From NCBI GenBank assembly GCA_031262105.1, contig JAISIH010000083.1:3219-67218 (forward strand): a stretch of 64,000 nucleotides of DNA. Direction: 5' to 3'. Made by a program: the position numbers and the translations under genes. Below the pieces are notes generated by a model. It did no database searches. It was not told where the DNA came from and saw only the letters and a list, made by a program, of their open reading frames with translations. Below are positions 52,631 to 62,512 of this stretch, one piece after another; the stretch's first letter is position 1, and each line of letters starts with the position of its first letter. Origin of the DNA: Ruminococcus sp. Its GTDB lineage: Bacteria; Bacillota; Clostridia; Oscillospirales; Ruminococcaceae.

Positions 52631-53089
52631 ATGGTTAAAGTTTATCTTGATACTTGTTGCTATAATCGGCCGTTTGATGATTTAGATCAACACATTCTCG
52701 GCTATGAAGCGGTAGCAATTGAATATATAGAAGAAATGATAAAACAGGAAAAAATAAATCTTGTCCATTCATTTATACTTCAATATGAGATTGATAACAA
52801 CCCCTCTTACTATAAAAGAAAAAGAATTGCCGGCGTAGTTGAATGTGCGGTTGAGTTTGTGTCGGAAGAATATGCAGAAGCGATTGATTTGATTAGTGTG
52901 CCTATTATGGCAACAGGCGTTAAACAAAAAGACGCATATCACGTTGCATCTGCGCTTTACACGCACTGTGACTTCTTTATAACTACCGATAAACGTTTAT
53001 TAAAATACAAGACAGACGACATAATAATAACATCACCTATAAAATTCTTTGATTATTGGAGAGATGATAATGAATCTGGATATGAATAA
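52631..53089 (+). CDS. PIN-domain protein inserted between mreB and mreC
   Basis: MVKVYLDTCCYNRPFDD (first acidic residue), DAYHVASA, FFITTD. Visibly lower GC than the flanking sequence. Confidence 0.65.
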   Translation: MVKVYLDTCCYNRPFDDLDQHILGYEAVAIEYIEEMIKQEKINLVHSFILQYEIDNNPSYYKRKRIAGVVECAVEFVSEEYAEAIDLISVPIMATGVKQKDAYHVASALYTHCDFFITTDKRLLKYKTDDIIITSPIKFFDYWRDDNESGYE

Positions 53090-53321
53090 CGGCAAATCTT
53101 CCGCGCTTGTAGAGGCGGGTATGGCACATCTCGGAGAATTGTTTGATGTTTTTGAACTTCAGGAATTTATAAGACAAATCCGAACCAACCATTTCGATTA
53201 CACCGAATGGCGGAGAGACAACCTTTTTGAAGGTATGACCCACGAGGAATTCAAGCAGCATTTAATCGAGCACGCACGTACCCACGGCAAGCCAAAGATT
53301 CGCGGGCCTATTAACACATAG
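53070..53321 (+). CDS. Hypothetical small protein (83 aa) overlapping the PIN gene's 3' end
   Basis: ATG 53070 lies 6 nt after GGAGAG. Overlaps the PIN gene by 20 nt. No motif recognised. Confidence 0.4.
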   Translation: MNLDMNNGKSSALVEAGMAHLGELFDVFELQEFIRQIRTNHFDYTEWRRDNLFEGMTHEEFKQHLIEHARTHGKPKIRGPINT

Positions 53322-53324
53322 ATT

Positions 53325-54179
53325 ATGAAGGATTTTTTCCATTCCTTAAAATTCAAGGCAATTGTGGGGCTGACCGCCGTTATACTCGGGATTATGGTTT
53401 TCATCGTCTTTAACGACGGCTTTACTCCCGATTCCGGCGCGATTTTTACACGAATTACCGCACCGTTTTCTAAAATTTCGGCGAATATAGAAAGCGGTTT
53501 TTCGGATTTCCTCTCGACATTTGTTAACGCCGAAAAAAACAAGATTGAAAATGAAGCCCTAAAAAGCCAGCTTGACGGGCTGTATGCCCAAATGTCCGAC
53601 TACGAAGACTTAAAGCGCGAGAATGCGGAGCTTTCCGCCCTGCTCGAGCTTAAAGAAAAGAACGAAAACATAACCTTTTCACGCCCCTGTGACGTTATCG
53701 CACGCACCGTCGGCGACCCTTACCTCTCCTTCACCATCGACTCCGGGCGTGACGACGGCATCTCCCCTTACGACCCGGCTGTCACCGAAAACGGGCTTGT
53801 CGGCATCGTCACCTCCGTCACCGCCACGACCGCGAACATTCAAACGCTCTATTCGCCGAAATCCGCAGTCAGCGTTATCTCGGCGCGTTCCCTCGTCCGC
53901 GGGATTGTCGAGGGCGACACAAACCTTATTGATGACGAAACAGTTCGCATGAATTATATCGACAAGGCAGCCGATATTGTCGTCGGGGACGTTATCGAAA
54001 CGGAAGGCTCGGAGATGTTTCCGCCCGGGCAGATTATCGGGGTTGTTACGGCGGTAACTATCGAAGACAATGGGCTCGCGAAATTCGCCGAAGTACGCCT
54101 ACTCGTCGATCCGTCTAAGGTTTCAAGTTTATATGTAATAACAGATTTTAACGGTAAAACAGATGAAAATGGCACGTAA
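53325..54179 (+). CDS. mreC: Rod shape-determining protein MreC
   Basis: N-terminal TM segment, coiled coil (ENEALKSQL...LKRENAEL), beta-rich C-terminal part (GLVGIV...GDVIET). Operon position. Confidence 0.85.
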   Translation: MKDFFHSLKFKAIVGLTAVILGIMVFIVFNDGFTPDSGAIFTRITAPFSKISANIESGFSDFLSTFVNAEKNKIENEALKSQLDGLYAQMSDYEDLKRENAELSALLELKEKNENITFSRPCDVIARTVGDPYLSFTIDSGRDDGISPYDPAVTENGLVGIVTSVTATTANIQTLYSPKSAVSVISARSLVRGIVEGDTNLIDDETVRMNYIDKAADIVVGDVIETEGSEMFPPGQIIGVVTAVTIEDNGLAKFAEVRLLVDPSKVSSLYVITDFNGKTDENGT

Positions 54180-54729
54180 TGAAAGAGAGAAGACTGAATT
54201 AAAAAAGGGTATACTGCGTTGGTTGCTGTACCTTCTTATTGCGTTTTTCTGCTCCGGTATTATGTGGGCAACGGGCGGGCGGCTTCCGCTTTTGATGATA
54301 CCCTTCGCGATTAGCGTTGCGGCGTTTGAAACGCCTGTGCGGAGTGCTGTTTACGCCTGCTTTTGCGGGCTGATGCTCGACAACATGACCGACAGCCTTT
54401 TCGGCTTCTACGGCATACTGCTTCTTTGGGCGGGGCTTTTCGTCTCGGTGCTTTTTACGCTGCTGCTGCGCCGCCACGCCTTGAACGTCTTCTTTCTTAA
54501 CGCCGTTTGCACCCTCGTTGTGCTGCTTCTCCATTACCTTTTCTACATCGGGATTTGGGGCTATGACGAGTCGGGGAAGATTTTCCTTGAATGGTATATC
54601 CCGCTTTTCTTCCTCACCGCCGTTCTTGTCATACCGATATATTTTCTCGTGCGGCTCTTAAAACAAAAGCTTTCGCCTGTGGTGCAGGTTGTGCCGGACG
54701 AGAAGTCCGAAGATGTTATTCGTGAATAA
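54163..54729 (+). CDS. mreD: Rod shape-determining protein MreD
   Basis: Polytopic small membrane protein overlapping the mreC end. Called on position. Confidence 0.7.
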   Translation: MKMARNEREKTELKKGILRWLLYLLIAFFCSGIMWATGGRLPLLMIPFAISVAAFETPVRSAVYACFCGLMLDNMTDSLFGFYGILLLWAGLFVSVLFTLLLRRHALNVFFLNAVCTLVVLLLHYLFYIGIWGYDESGKIFLEWYIPLFFLTAVLVIPIYFLVRLLKQKLSPVVQVVPDEKSEDVIRE

Positions 54730-54787
54730 TCTTTAATAAAAAGTACACACGAGAAGCAGCAAAAAAGTTTCATTTTGAGTTTGTTGT

Positions 54788-56803
54788 ATGTTAAAGAAGA
54801 TTTCCGAAATTGTAAGAACCTTTCTGTTCGTTGCCTTAACCCTGACCCTCTTCGGGCTTGGGGTTATTAGGCTTATGAAGATACAGGTTGTTGACGGCGG
54901 AGATTACGCCGACGAAGCTCTCCTTACCCGGACTGCCTTGCAGGTCATTAACTCCCCGCGCGGCGAGATTACCGACGTTACCGGCAGACGCCTTGTGAGC
55001 AACAAAGTCGGCTACAACGTCATAACCGAAAAGGCGTTCTTCCCGACCGATAACGCCTCGCAAAACCGCATTATAAACGACACTGCGAACATCTTAACGT
55101 CATTCGACGCGCCTTTTATCGACTCGCTCCCGATTACGAAAACCCGTCCGTATTCCTTTCTGCCCGACAGAGAGAGCGATATTGCGAAGCTTCGCAAGAA
55201 CATTAACGTACAGCCTTACGCAACCGCTTCGGATTGCATCGAGGCGATGAAGCTTAAATTCGAGATTGCCGACAGCTACACTGCCGACGAAGTTCGGACA
55301 ATTTCCGGCATACGCCACGAGATGATTCTGCGCAGTTTTTCGCTTGAAAATACCTACACATTCGCGGAGGATATTCCCCTTGAGGCGGTTGCGAAGCTGA
55401 AAGAGAACACCTACCGTCTTGACGGAATTGACGTTATTGCGGAGGCTATCCGCGTTGTAAATATCGGCGATGCCGCCCCGCACCTTATCGGGACGACCGG
55501 CGCGATAACTGCCGACGAATATGAGAGCCTTGAGGGCTATGCGCTTAACGACAGCCTCGGGAAGAGCGGCATTGAGCTTGCCCTTGAGCCGGAACTTCGC
55601 GGAACAAAGGGTATCCGAACCTTCACAATGTATGACGGGAACGTTATTTCAGACGAGATTACAACAGACGCCGTTCCGGGTCATTCAATTAAGCTTACAT
55701 TTGACGTTGCATATCAGCGTGAAGTTCAAAAAACCCTTGAGTCGCATATCAGCTGGCTTCAAAATCAAACCCACATGAACAAGAAGGGTGAGGCGGCGAC
55801 TGCGGGGGCGATTGTTGTGCTTGATGCGGCGGGGGATAATAACGGGGCTGTGCTTGCCGCCGCAACCTACCCGACATATAACCTTGCGGACTACAAGACA
55901 GACTACGCCGCGCTTAACGCTGATCCGTCCCTGCCGCTTTATAATCGCGCGACGAGCGGTTTATACCGTCCCGGCTCGACTTTTAAGACGGTTACGGCGA
56001 CGGCTGCCTTAAATGAGGGCTACATCGACCTTGACACAACCATCGTCTGCAACAATGTTTATCATTACTGGTCCGATTATCAGCCGCGCTGTACAGGCTG
56101 GCACGGGCGTATTAACGTTATAACCGCGATTGAAAAGTCCTGCAACATCTTCTTCTACGAAGTCGGGCGGGTTATGGGGATTGACCTTATCGACCGTTAC
56201 GCGGACTATTACGGCTTCGGGCAGGCGACGGGGCTTGAGACCGGCGGCGCGGCAGGGTGGGTTGCTTCGCCCGCTTTATTTGAACAAAAAAACCTTGACT
56301 GGCAAGCCGGTCTCGTTGTTCAGGCAGCGATCGGGCAATCCGAAACGAATGTTACGCCGATGCAGCTTGCAGTATTAGCAAGCACCCTCGCCAACGACGG
56401 AAAACGATATCGCCCGCATCTTGTGGACAGCATCTACGACTACAATCTCAATACCCTTGTTTCAAAAACAGCTCCCGAAGTTCTCTTTGAAATCCCCGAA
56501 AAGTCCGGCATAACGTTTTCTTCAATCCGCGACGGCATGAAACGCGCCGCGAATTTCACCGCCTACAGCTACCCCAACGAAGAGCAATATGGCAAATCAT
56601 ACCTCCTCTCCGATATTCCCGGGGGCGTCGCGATTAAAACAGGCACACCGCAGATGACCTCCGCCGAGGACACCGGCTCCGCCTTCATAGGCTACTACCC
56701 CGCCGACAACCCCGAAATAGCTTTCGCAGGCTTTATCGAACACGGCGAATGGTCTAAGCTTATGATTAGAGAAATTATTGAGAATTATATTAAAAGGAGT
56801 TAA
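54788..56803 (+). CDS. mrdA: Penicillin-binding protein 2 (elongasome transpeptidase)
   Basis: TM anchor. SxxK (STFK), SxN (SCN) and KTGT motifs. Follows mreBCD. Confidence 0.85.
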   Translation: MLKKISEIVRTFLFVALTLTLFGLGVIRLMKIQVVDGGDYADEALLTRTALQVINSPRGEITDVTGRRLVSNKVGYNVITEKAFFPTDNASQNRIINDTANILTSFDAPFIDSLPITKTRPYSFLPDRESDIAKLRKNINVQPYATASDCIEAMKLKFEIADSYTADEVRTISGIRHEMILRSFSLENTYTFAEDIPLEAVAKLKENTYRLDGIDVIAEAIRVVNIGDAAPHLIGTTGAITADEYESLEGYALNDSLGKSGIELALEPELRGTKGIRTFTMYDGNVISDEITTDAVPGHSIKLTFDVAYQREVQKTLESHISWLQNQTHMNKKGEAATAGAIVVLDAAGDNNGAVLAAATYPTYNLADYKTDYAALNADPSLPLYNRATSGLYRPGSTFKTVTATAALNEGYIDLDTTIVCNNVYHYWSDYQPRCTGWHGRINVITAIEKSCNIFFYEVGRVMGIDLIDRYADYYGFGQATGLETGGAAGWVASPALFEQKNLDWQAGLVVQAAIGQSETNVTPMQLAVLASTLANDGKRYRPHLVDSIYDYNLNTLVSKTAPEVLFEIPEKSGITFSSIRDGMKRAANFTAYSYPNEEQYGKSYLLSDIPGGVAIKTGTPQMTSAEDTGSAFIGYYPADNPEIAFAGFIEHGEWSKLMIREIIENYIKRS

Positions 56804-56805
56804 AG

Positions 56806-57630
56806 ATGAGCGAAAAATTTGTAACAAAACCAAGTAATGACGCTATTTTCAAGCTTTTATTTGTCCAGAATATTGACCTGCTTCAAGACTTTTTATCTAA
56901 CGCACTTGATATGCCGTTTGATGATTTTAGGGACATAACGATAATGAATCCGGAACTTTCGGGAATTGTTGCCGGTGAAAAAATCTCGGTTCTTGACATC
57001 TTGGTTAACAAGCCGGACGGCACAAAACTTAATATTGAAATGCAAAACTGCGACGAGGGCGACTTTAAGGAACGTTCGGTTTATTACTGCTCGAAGCTAT
57101 TTATTAAGAACTTTTTAGCGGGACAAAGCTACAACGAACTGCCGAAAACAATCTGCATTAATATTTTACAGTTTACCCTCTTTAAAAAAGCCGGTTATAA
57201 ATGTTCGGCTTTCCCGACAATTACCGAAACAGCGGAGGCGATAACGGATTTATGGCAGATACTATATTTCCAACTGCCGAAACTCGATGATGAAATAAAG
57301 CGTGAAAAAGCACAGCATATACTTGAGTGGTTGAAATTTTTCACCGTGAAAACTAAGGAGGACATTAAGGTTATGAAGGAAACAAGTAAAGATGAATACG
57401 TCATAAAAGCTCTTGAAAAGGTTGAACTCATGAACGAAGACGAGAAGACCAGAAGATTAGCCGAGGCACGCGAAGAAGCAATACTCAGAGAAAAATGGAT
57501 TCTCGGGGCGGCAAAAAGGGAAGCTGTTTTTGATGTTGTAAGAAATATGTTTTCTTTAGGATTGTCAACAGACATAATTGCAAAGTCTACCGGTGTACCT
57601 CTCTCCGAAATCGCAAAACTTCAACATTAA
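56806..57630 (+). CDS. Rpn-family (YhgA-like, PD-(D/E)xK) recombination-promoting nuclease / putative transposase
   Basis: N-terminal pattern NDAIFKLLF...DFLSNAL...SVLDILV...GTKLNIEMQ is typical of the TIGR01784 / YhgA-like family. Confidence 0.7.
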   Translation: MSEKFVTKPSNDAIFKLLFVQNIDLLQDFLSNALDMPFDDFRDITIMNPELSGIVAGEKISVLDILVNKPDGTKLNIEMQNCDEGDFKERSVYYCSKLFIKNFLAGQSYNELPKTICINILQFTLFKKAGYKCSAFPTITETAEAITDLWQILYFQLPKLDDEIKREKAQHILEWLKFFTVKTKEDIKVMKETSKDEYVIKALEKVELMNEDEKTRRLAEAREEAILREKWILGAAKREAVFDVVRNMFSLGLSTDIIAKSTGVPLSEIAKLQH

Positions 57631-57651
57631 TCAGCGAAGGACATATTTAAT

Positions 57652-57957
57652 ATGAATGAAAAAGACGAATTTGTAAATAAAGCGTTAGAGACTGTTGAAC
57701 TCATGAACGAAGACGAGAAGACAAGAAGATTAGCCGAGGCACGCGAAGAAGCAATACTCAGAGAAAAGTGGATTCTCGGAGCGGCAGAGAGAAAAGGCAG
57801 ACAAGAAGGCAGACAAGAAGGCAGACAAGAAGGTATTCTCGAAGGGCTTTACAAAGCGGTAAAAAATATGCTCTCTTCCGGTATGCCAACAGACGACATT
57901 TCCAAATACACCGGCTTGCCCCCCTCCGAAATCGCAAAACTCCAATCGTCCCTATAA
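57652..57957 (+). CDS. Stand-alone copy of the Rpn C-terminal module (101 aa)
   Basis: 57694..57786 matches 57421..57513 at 90 of 93 nt. The protein repeats VELMNEDEKTRRLAEAREEAILREKWILGAA and the ...SEIAKLQ tail of the upstream gene. Confidence 0.5.
   Translation: MNEKDEFVNKALETVELMNEDEKTRRLAEAREEAILREKWILGAAERKGRQEGRQEGRQEGILEGLYKAVKNMLSSGMPTDDISKYTGLPPSEIAKLQSSL
57796..57831 (+). repeat. Perfect 3 x 12-nt tandem repeat (ggcagacaagaa) encoding GRQE x 3
   Basis: Counted directly in the sequence, inside the 101-aa ORF. Confidence 0.95.
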
Positions 57958-57980
57958 CCATATATAGAAAGAACATAGCC

Positions 57981-58751
57981 ATGCGCCTCTACCCCCTATT
58001 TTCGTCAAGCAAAGGCAACTGCTATTACCTCGGCAGTAAAACTGCGGGCGTTTTAATCGACGCGGGCGGCTCTACAAAGCGGATAGTTGCCGCGCTGTCG
58101 AGTGCCGGTATTCCGCTTACTGCCGTTAAGGCAATATTTGTCACGCACGAACACTCAGACCATGTCGGCGCGTTGCCGGTTCTGCTTAAGCGGATTAACG
58201 TGCCTGTTTTCGGCACGCCCGGGACGGTTTCGATGCTCTCTCGCGGGCTTTCTGGGGCGGATTTACATAGTTTTTCCGAACGCGTTTCTGTTTACGATAT
58301 AAAAGCCGAAGCGGCGGTCTTAAAAACCTCCCACGACAGCGCGGAGCCTTGCGGTTTTCGCTTCGATTTTTCGGAGTCTTCCGTGTCTTTTTTAACCGAC
58401 AGCGGTTTTGTTACCGACGGTTTTGAGGGGGCGATTTCTTCCGAAACCGTTGTCCTTGAGTCGAACTACGATCCGACGATGCTCTCCCGGGGGAGTTATC
58501 CTCCCCATACCAAGGCGCGTATTGCCGGGCGTTTCGGGCATCTGTCAAATGCCGCTTCCGCCGCCTTTGCCCGCGAACTTGTGGGTTCCGGCACAAAAAA
58601 CCTTATCCTCGCACATCTCTCCGAAAACAACAACACTCCCGAGCTTGCGAAGTCCGCACTTTGGGCTGAGACTGCGGGATTTACAGAGGGTAAGGATTAT
58701 TTTGTAAAAATTCTGCCGCCGGTTCACGACAATTGGTTTTGCGCTGTATGA
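57981..58751 (+). CDS. MBL-fold metallo-hydrolase
   Basis: HEHSDH motif. The start is set at MRLYPLFSSSKGN (57981). The longer track ORF runs through the preceding gene. Confidence 0.8.
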   Translation: MRLYPLFSSSKGNCYYLGSKTAGVLIDAGGSTKRIVAALSSAGIPLTAVKAIFVTHEHSDHVGALPVLLKRINVPVFGTPGTVSMLSRGLSGADLHSFSERVSVYDIKAEAAVLKTSHDSAEPCGFRFDFSESSVSFLTDSGFVTDGFEGAISSETVVLESNYDPTMLSRGSYPPHTKARIAGRFGHLSNAASAAFARELVGSGTKNLILAHLSENNNTPELAKSALWAETAGFTEGKDYFVKILPPVHDNWFCAV

Positions 58752-59197
58752 AAATTAAGATTATCACCGTCGGGAAACTCAAGCCGGAATTTTCCCCGAC
58801 CCTTAACGAATATGTCAAACGAATGGGCAGGTTTTGCAAGCTCGAAATAGTCGAGATTGCCGAGAGTTATCTTCCCGAAAATCCCTCGCCCGACGACATT
58901 AAAAAGGCACTTTCTGCCGAAGCCGTTGCCATAAAAAAGCAGATTACCGGCACGGTTATTCTCCTTGCGGTAGATGGGAAACAGCTCTCTTCCGAGGATT
59001 TCGCGGACTATATTAAAAACAAGAGCAAACTTACGTTTATTATCGGCTCATCATTCGGGCTTGACGACGGCATAGCGGCGGATTTGCGGCTTTCGTTCGG
59101 GAGGTTCACCTACCCTCATTCCCTCATGCGGATTATCCTTGTCGAGCAGATTTATCGCGCGTTTATGATTAATTCGGGCTCTCCTTATCACAAATAA
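58748..59197 (+). CDS. rlmH: 23S rRNA (pseudouridine1915-N3)-methyltransferase RlmH
   Basis: MKIKIITVGKLK start and SPOUT C-terminus (LSFGRFTYPH...EQIYRA). ATGA overlap with the upstream gene. Confidence 0.9.
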   Translation: MKIKIITVGKLKPEFSPTLNEYVKRMGRFCKLEIVEIAESYLPENPSPDDIKKALSAEAVAIKKQITGTVILLAVDGKQLSSEDFADYIKNKSKLTFIIGSSFGLDDGIAADLRLSFGRFTYPHSLMRIILVEQIYRAFMINSGSPYHK

Positions 59198-59276
59198 AAA
59201 TTTTTATTTAAGTTTTGCCGGTTTTGTACGACAATATTAATTGAGACAGGATTTTTCCGAATGAGGTTGTGATTTA

Positions 59277-59573
59277 ATGCAAAATAATCCAGTAGCGAAC
59301 AGTTTTATAACCAACGCTTTAAGCGGTTATAACAAAATATCTGCGAAACGCCCGGAGCGGGCGGGGAACACGCCGAAGCGGTCTGATGTGTTCGTTTTAA
59401 GCTCGCAGACAGATATTACCGAGAAGGTTACCTACGCCGCGAACGATATCGCTTCCGGCATACGCGCCGCCGACGATTCCGCTAAGGCTGAGGCTATAAA
59501 AGCGAAGATAAAGTCAGGCAATTATAACGTCTCTGCCGAAGAGGTTGCGAAGTCGATTTTAGGTATAATTTAG
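59277..59573 (+). CDS. flgM: Anti-sigma-28 factor FlgM
   Basis: 98 aa. C-terminal IKAKIKSGNYNVSAEEVAKSIL is typical of FlgM. Located upstream of flgN/flgK. Confidence 0.75.
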   Translation: MQNNPVANSFITNALSGYNKISAKRPERAGNTPKRSDVFVLSSQTDITEKVTYAANDIASGIRAADDSAKAEAIKAKIKSGNYNVSAEEVAKSILGII

Positions 59574-59611
59574 CGGTTGATTTAACCTTTCAAATATGGT
59601 AAAATGTTATT

Positions 59612-60055
59612 ATGAATATTGATTATAATGCCGGTATAAAGTTTCTTGAGGGCTACGCGTCGCATTTTGAGGCGCTTGAAGCGACGGAGCTTAAAAAGCT
59701 TCGCCTCATGCACGACAAAAAGCCTGAGGCTGTCGCTAACCTTATCCCCGACGAGCAGGCACTGATAATGAAATCCGACATTTTAGAGCGAAACCGCGTT
59801 AAAATTTTCGGCGCGAAAACCCTTGACGAGATTTATGACACCGCGCCGGGGAGCTTAAAAACAGATTATATGCGCCTCACAAAGCGTATCCGAAACGCAG
59901 TTAAACAGATTCGAGACTTAAACGAAGTAATAAAGCTGATGGCGACCGAACGCCTAAAACGCGCAAAGCGGGCGAACAAACAGCTTGAGACATACGACGA
60001 ACGCGGCTCGGTCAGCACAAAGTACAGAAACAATTTACCTGATATAAAGGTGTAG
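59612..60055 (+). CDS. flgN: FlgN-like flagellar chaperone
   Basis: 147-aa helical protein between flgM and flgK. Called on position. Confidence 0.5.
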   Translation: MNIDYNAGIKFLEGYASHFEALEATELKKLRLMHDKKPEAVANLIPDEQALIMKSDILERNRVKIFGAKTLDEIYDTAPGSLKTDYMRLTKRIRNAVKQIRDLNEVIKLMATERLKRAKRANKQLETYDERGSVSTKYRNNLPDIKV

Positions 60056-60064
60056 GAGTTTATC

Positions 60065-62239
60065 ATGCCAAGTAGTTTCATGGGTTTATATGTTCAGAGG
60101 GAAGCTCTTCTTTCTGCTCAAAAATCGCTCGATATAACCGGCAACAACCTCTCGAACTTAGAGACGGTCGGTTATACCCGTCAGCGTGTCGATATGGCTT
60201 CCGTCTCGAACAGCACTTCTAACCTCGGCTACAATTCCGCCCGCGGGCTTGCCGGGCAGGGTTCTGAAATCGTCGGCATTGCCCAGATTCGTGATGCCCT
60301 CCTTGACACAAAATTCCGCAACTACACCTCCGATTTTTCTAATTCGGACACGAAGGTCGGGATGTTAGAGCAGCTTGAAGATGCCCTTGATAACCTTGAG
60401 TCGGACGATACCGGCTTCATGAGTGTTATTGCCGGGCTTAAGAAGGCTTTACAAGGCTATTCTTCCGACAACGCCGACAGACGGGAGCTCGGAACAATTG
60501 TTATGAATAACGGGCGTTCGGTTGCAGATATGCTCCGTGCGCTTGATTCGCGTATTACCGATATTTCAAGCCAAACAATTTCGGAGGCAACACACGCCGC
60601 AGATACCGTTAACACAACCCTTGCCCAACTCGCGGCACTAAACGATTCGATTAAAACCTCATATATTAATATGGGTTACATAGAACTCGGGCAAAACAAC
60701 TACACCGTTCAGAGCGACTACGGTCCCCTTGAACTCAAGGACAGCTTCAATTATCTTCTCGACACCCTCTCGGAATACGGCGACATAAACGTTACCGAAC
60801 ATGACGACGGCTCTTATACAGTTATGCTCGGCGGACACGTTGTTGTCGCGAATGACCAGTACGCACAGGTTGCGTTCCGCGATAAGAGCTTTGATATCCC
60901 GACAGTTCCGCGTGCGGCAGGTTCGACGCCGCTTAACGATGCTCAAAAGGCAGAGCTTGCAAACCCCGACCCGGGCGATTTGCAGCTTGTTGTCCTAAAC
61001 GCCGGGGTTAAAGACCCGAACACCGGGAAATACACAGGACTTAAAAACACCGACGAATGGCAGGATCTCGAAAAATTCCTCTATAACATGAGGAAGACGA
61101 AGGACGATTTCCTTCGCGGAGACGGCGAAATTGTCTTTGATACGGCATCAAGCGATCCGCTTACGAGAAAAGTATCGGAAAAATGGGAAAACCATCAGCT
61201 TGATGATATAACCGACAACGTTACCGGCGTTGAGTCCGGCGGACTACGCGGGCTTATAGACCTCTTTAACGGACGCGGAACATTCGCGGCGGAGGGGGAG
61301 AACGCCTACGAGGGCGTGGAATACTTCCGAGGGCTTGTTAACAGCTATGCGAAGACTTTTGCCGACGCCATGAACGGTATCTACAACAAAGACGACCACA
61401 GCACCTACACAGGTTTTGACAACGACGACCCGCAAGTTCTCTTTAACTACAAATACCGCTACTATTATACCGATGCGGCGGGGGAGAGACAGGATGCTTC
61501 GTATTTTATCGACGTTGACGGAACGCTTGCCTCCGACAGGTTCGGTTATAGTTCCGACAGGGAGCTTGCGACAAACACGTATTTGCAGGTTACGGACGGC
61601 AACGGCAGGGCGGTTAACGTCTTCGACATTCCCGAAGTTGCGGCGGATATAAAGACGCTTGTTGACGGCGGCGGAACGCTTGATGGGGCGGGCTTGCAGA
61701 CGATTATTGACACCTACCTTGCCGGCGCGGGGATCACAGATCCGCGATATGCCCTTATGGTACGCGAAACCGGCGCGCTCGGGGCTGCGCTTGATACAGA
61801 CACAGTTACAGGCGTTGCGGGTTCGATGGAAGTTACCGCCTTCTGGCAGAATAACGCCGAATTTATCTCAAACCCTGACGGTTACGACGAAGGCTCTGCC
61901 CTCGATAACACATGGATAAACCGTATGCTCGGCGCATTCAACGTCAAGCACGCCTACGCCGGGAACGCCTCGACCTATCAGTTTGAAGAATTCGTTTCGC
62001 ACTACGGGAACGAACTCGGCAACCGTATTCAATACGAAAAGAAGCTCTCCGGGACGTCCGAGGTTATGCTCCTTTCCGTCACAGACCTGCGCGACTCTGT
62101 CATGGGGGTTAACGTTGACGAAGAGGGTATCAACATGATGAACTACCAAAAATGGTACAACGCCATTGCGCGTATGACGACAGCCCTCGATGAAGCCCTC
62201 GACAAGCTTATCAACGGCACCGGTAGAGTTGGACTATAA
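60065..62239 (+). CDS. flgK: Flagellar hook-associated protein 1 (FlgK)
   Basis: N-terminus SFMGLYVQREALLSAQKSLDITGNNLSNLETVGYTRQRV. C-terminal YQKWYNAIARM-type helix. Confidence 0.9.
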   Translation: MPSSFMGLYVQREALLSAQKSLDITGNNLSNLETVGYTRQRVDMASVSNSTSNLGYNSARGLAGQGSEIVGIAQIRDALLDTKFRNYTSDFSNSDTKVGMLEQLEDALDNLESDDTGFMSVIAGLKKALQGYSSDNADRRELGTIVMNNGRSVADMLRALDSRITDISSQTISEATHAADTVNTTLAQLAALNDSIKTSYINMGYIELGQNNYTVQSDYGPLELKDSFNYLLDTLSEYGDINVTEHDDGSYTVMLGGHVVVANDQYAQVAFRDKSFDIPTVPRAAGSTPLNDAQKAELANPDPGDLQLVVLNAGVKDPNTGKYTGLKNTDEWQDLEKFLYNMRKTKDDFLRGDGEIVFDTASSDPLTRKVSEKWENHQLDDITDNVTGVESGGLRGLIDLFNGRGTFAAEGENAYEGVEYFRGLVNSYAKTFADAMNGIYNKDDHSTYTGFDNDDPQVLFNYKYRYYYTDAAGERQDASYFIDVDGTLASDRFGYSSDRELATNTYLQVTDGNGRAVNVFDIPEVAADIKTLVDGGGTLDGAGLQTIIDTYLAGAGITDPRYALMVRETGALGAALDTDTVTGVAGSMEVTAFWQNNAEFISNPDGYDEGSALDNTWINRMLGAFNVKHAYAGNASTYQFEEFVSHYGNELGNRIQYEKKLSGTSEVMLLSVTDLRDSVMGVNVDEEGINMMNYQKWYNAIARMTTALDEALDKLINGTGRVGL

Positions 62240-62254
62240 ATATAGGTGGTTAAT

Positions 62255-62503
62255 ATGAAAGAAAAAATGCTTACCGAAGAAGAAGCCGAAAAGGTTGTCG
62301 GCGGTTGTCCGGACCCTTCCGGTATGTCGTTCCTTAATACTTCACAGATGGTCTGCGATAATTACATTACCCGTCCGGGACTATACGCCGACCCCTCGAA
62401 AGCCCCGCGAATGTGTAAATACTGCACCCATCTAAAGAATAATATCATAGAGGGAAAACAAACTTACTATTGCGAACACGCACAAAATCCGCGCTATATT
62501 TAG
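62255..62503 (+). CDS. Short-leader double-glycine Cys-rich peptide F1, between flgK and flgL (82 aa)
   Basis: Leader MKEKMLTEEEAEKVVGG. Core: C...CDNY...CKYC...C. AGGTGG RBS 15 nt after the flgK stop. Confidence 0.7.
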   Translation: MKEKMLTEEEAEKVVGGCPDPSGMSFLNTSQMVCDNYITRPGLYADPSKAPRMCKYCTHLKNNIIEGKQTYYCEHAQNPRYI

Positions 62504-62512
62504 GAGCCTTTT

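Noticed and set aside
59209-59235. Sigma-28 (FliA) type promoter upstream of flgM
   Set aside because: TAAG-N15-ACGACAAT matches TAAA-N15-GCCGATAA only partially, and the spacing is off by one for the best -10 alignment. It is plausible biologically, but the sequence evidence is too weak to list as a feature.
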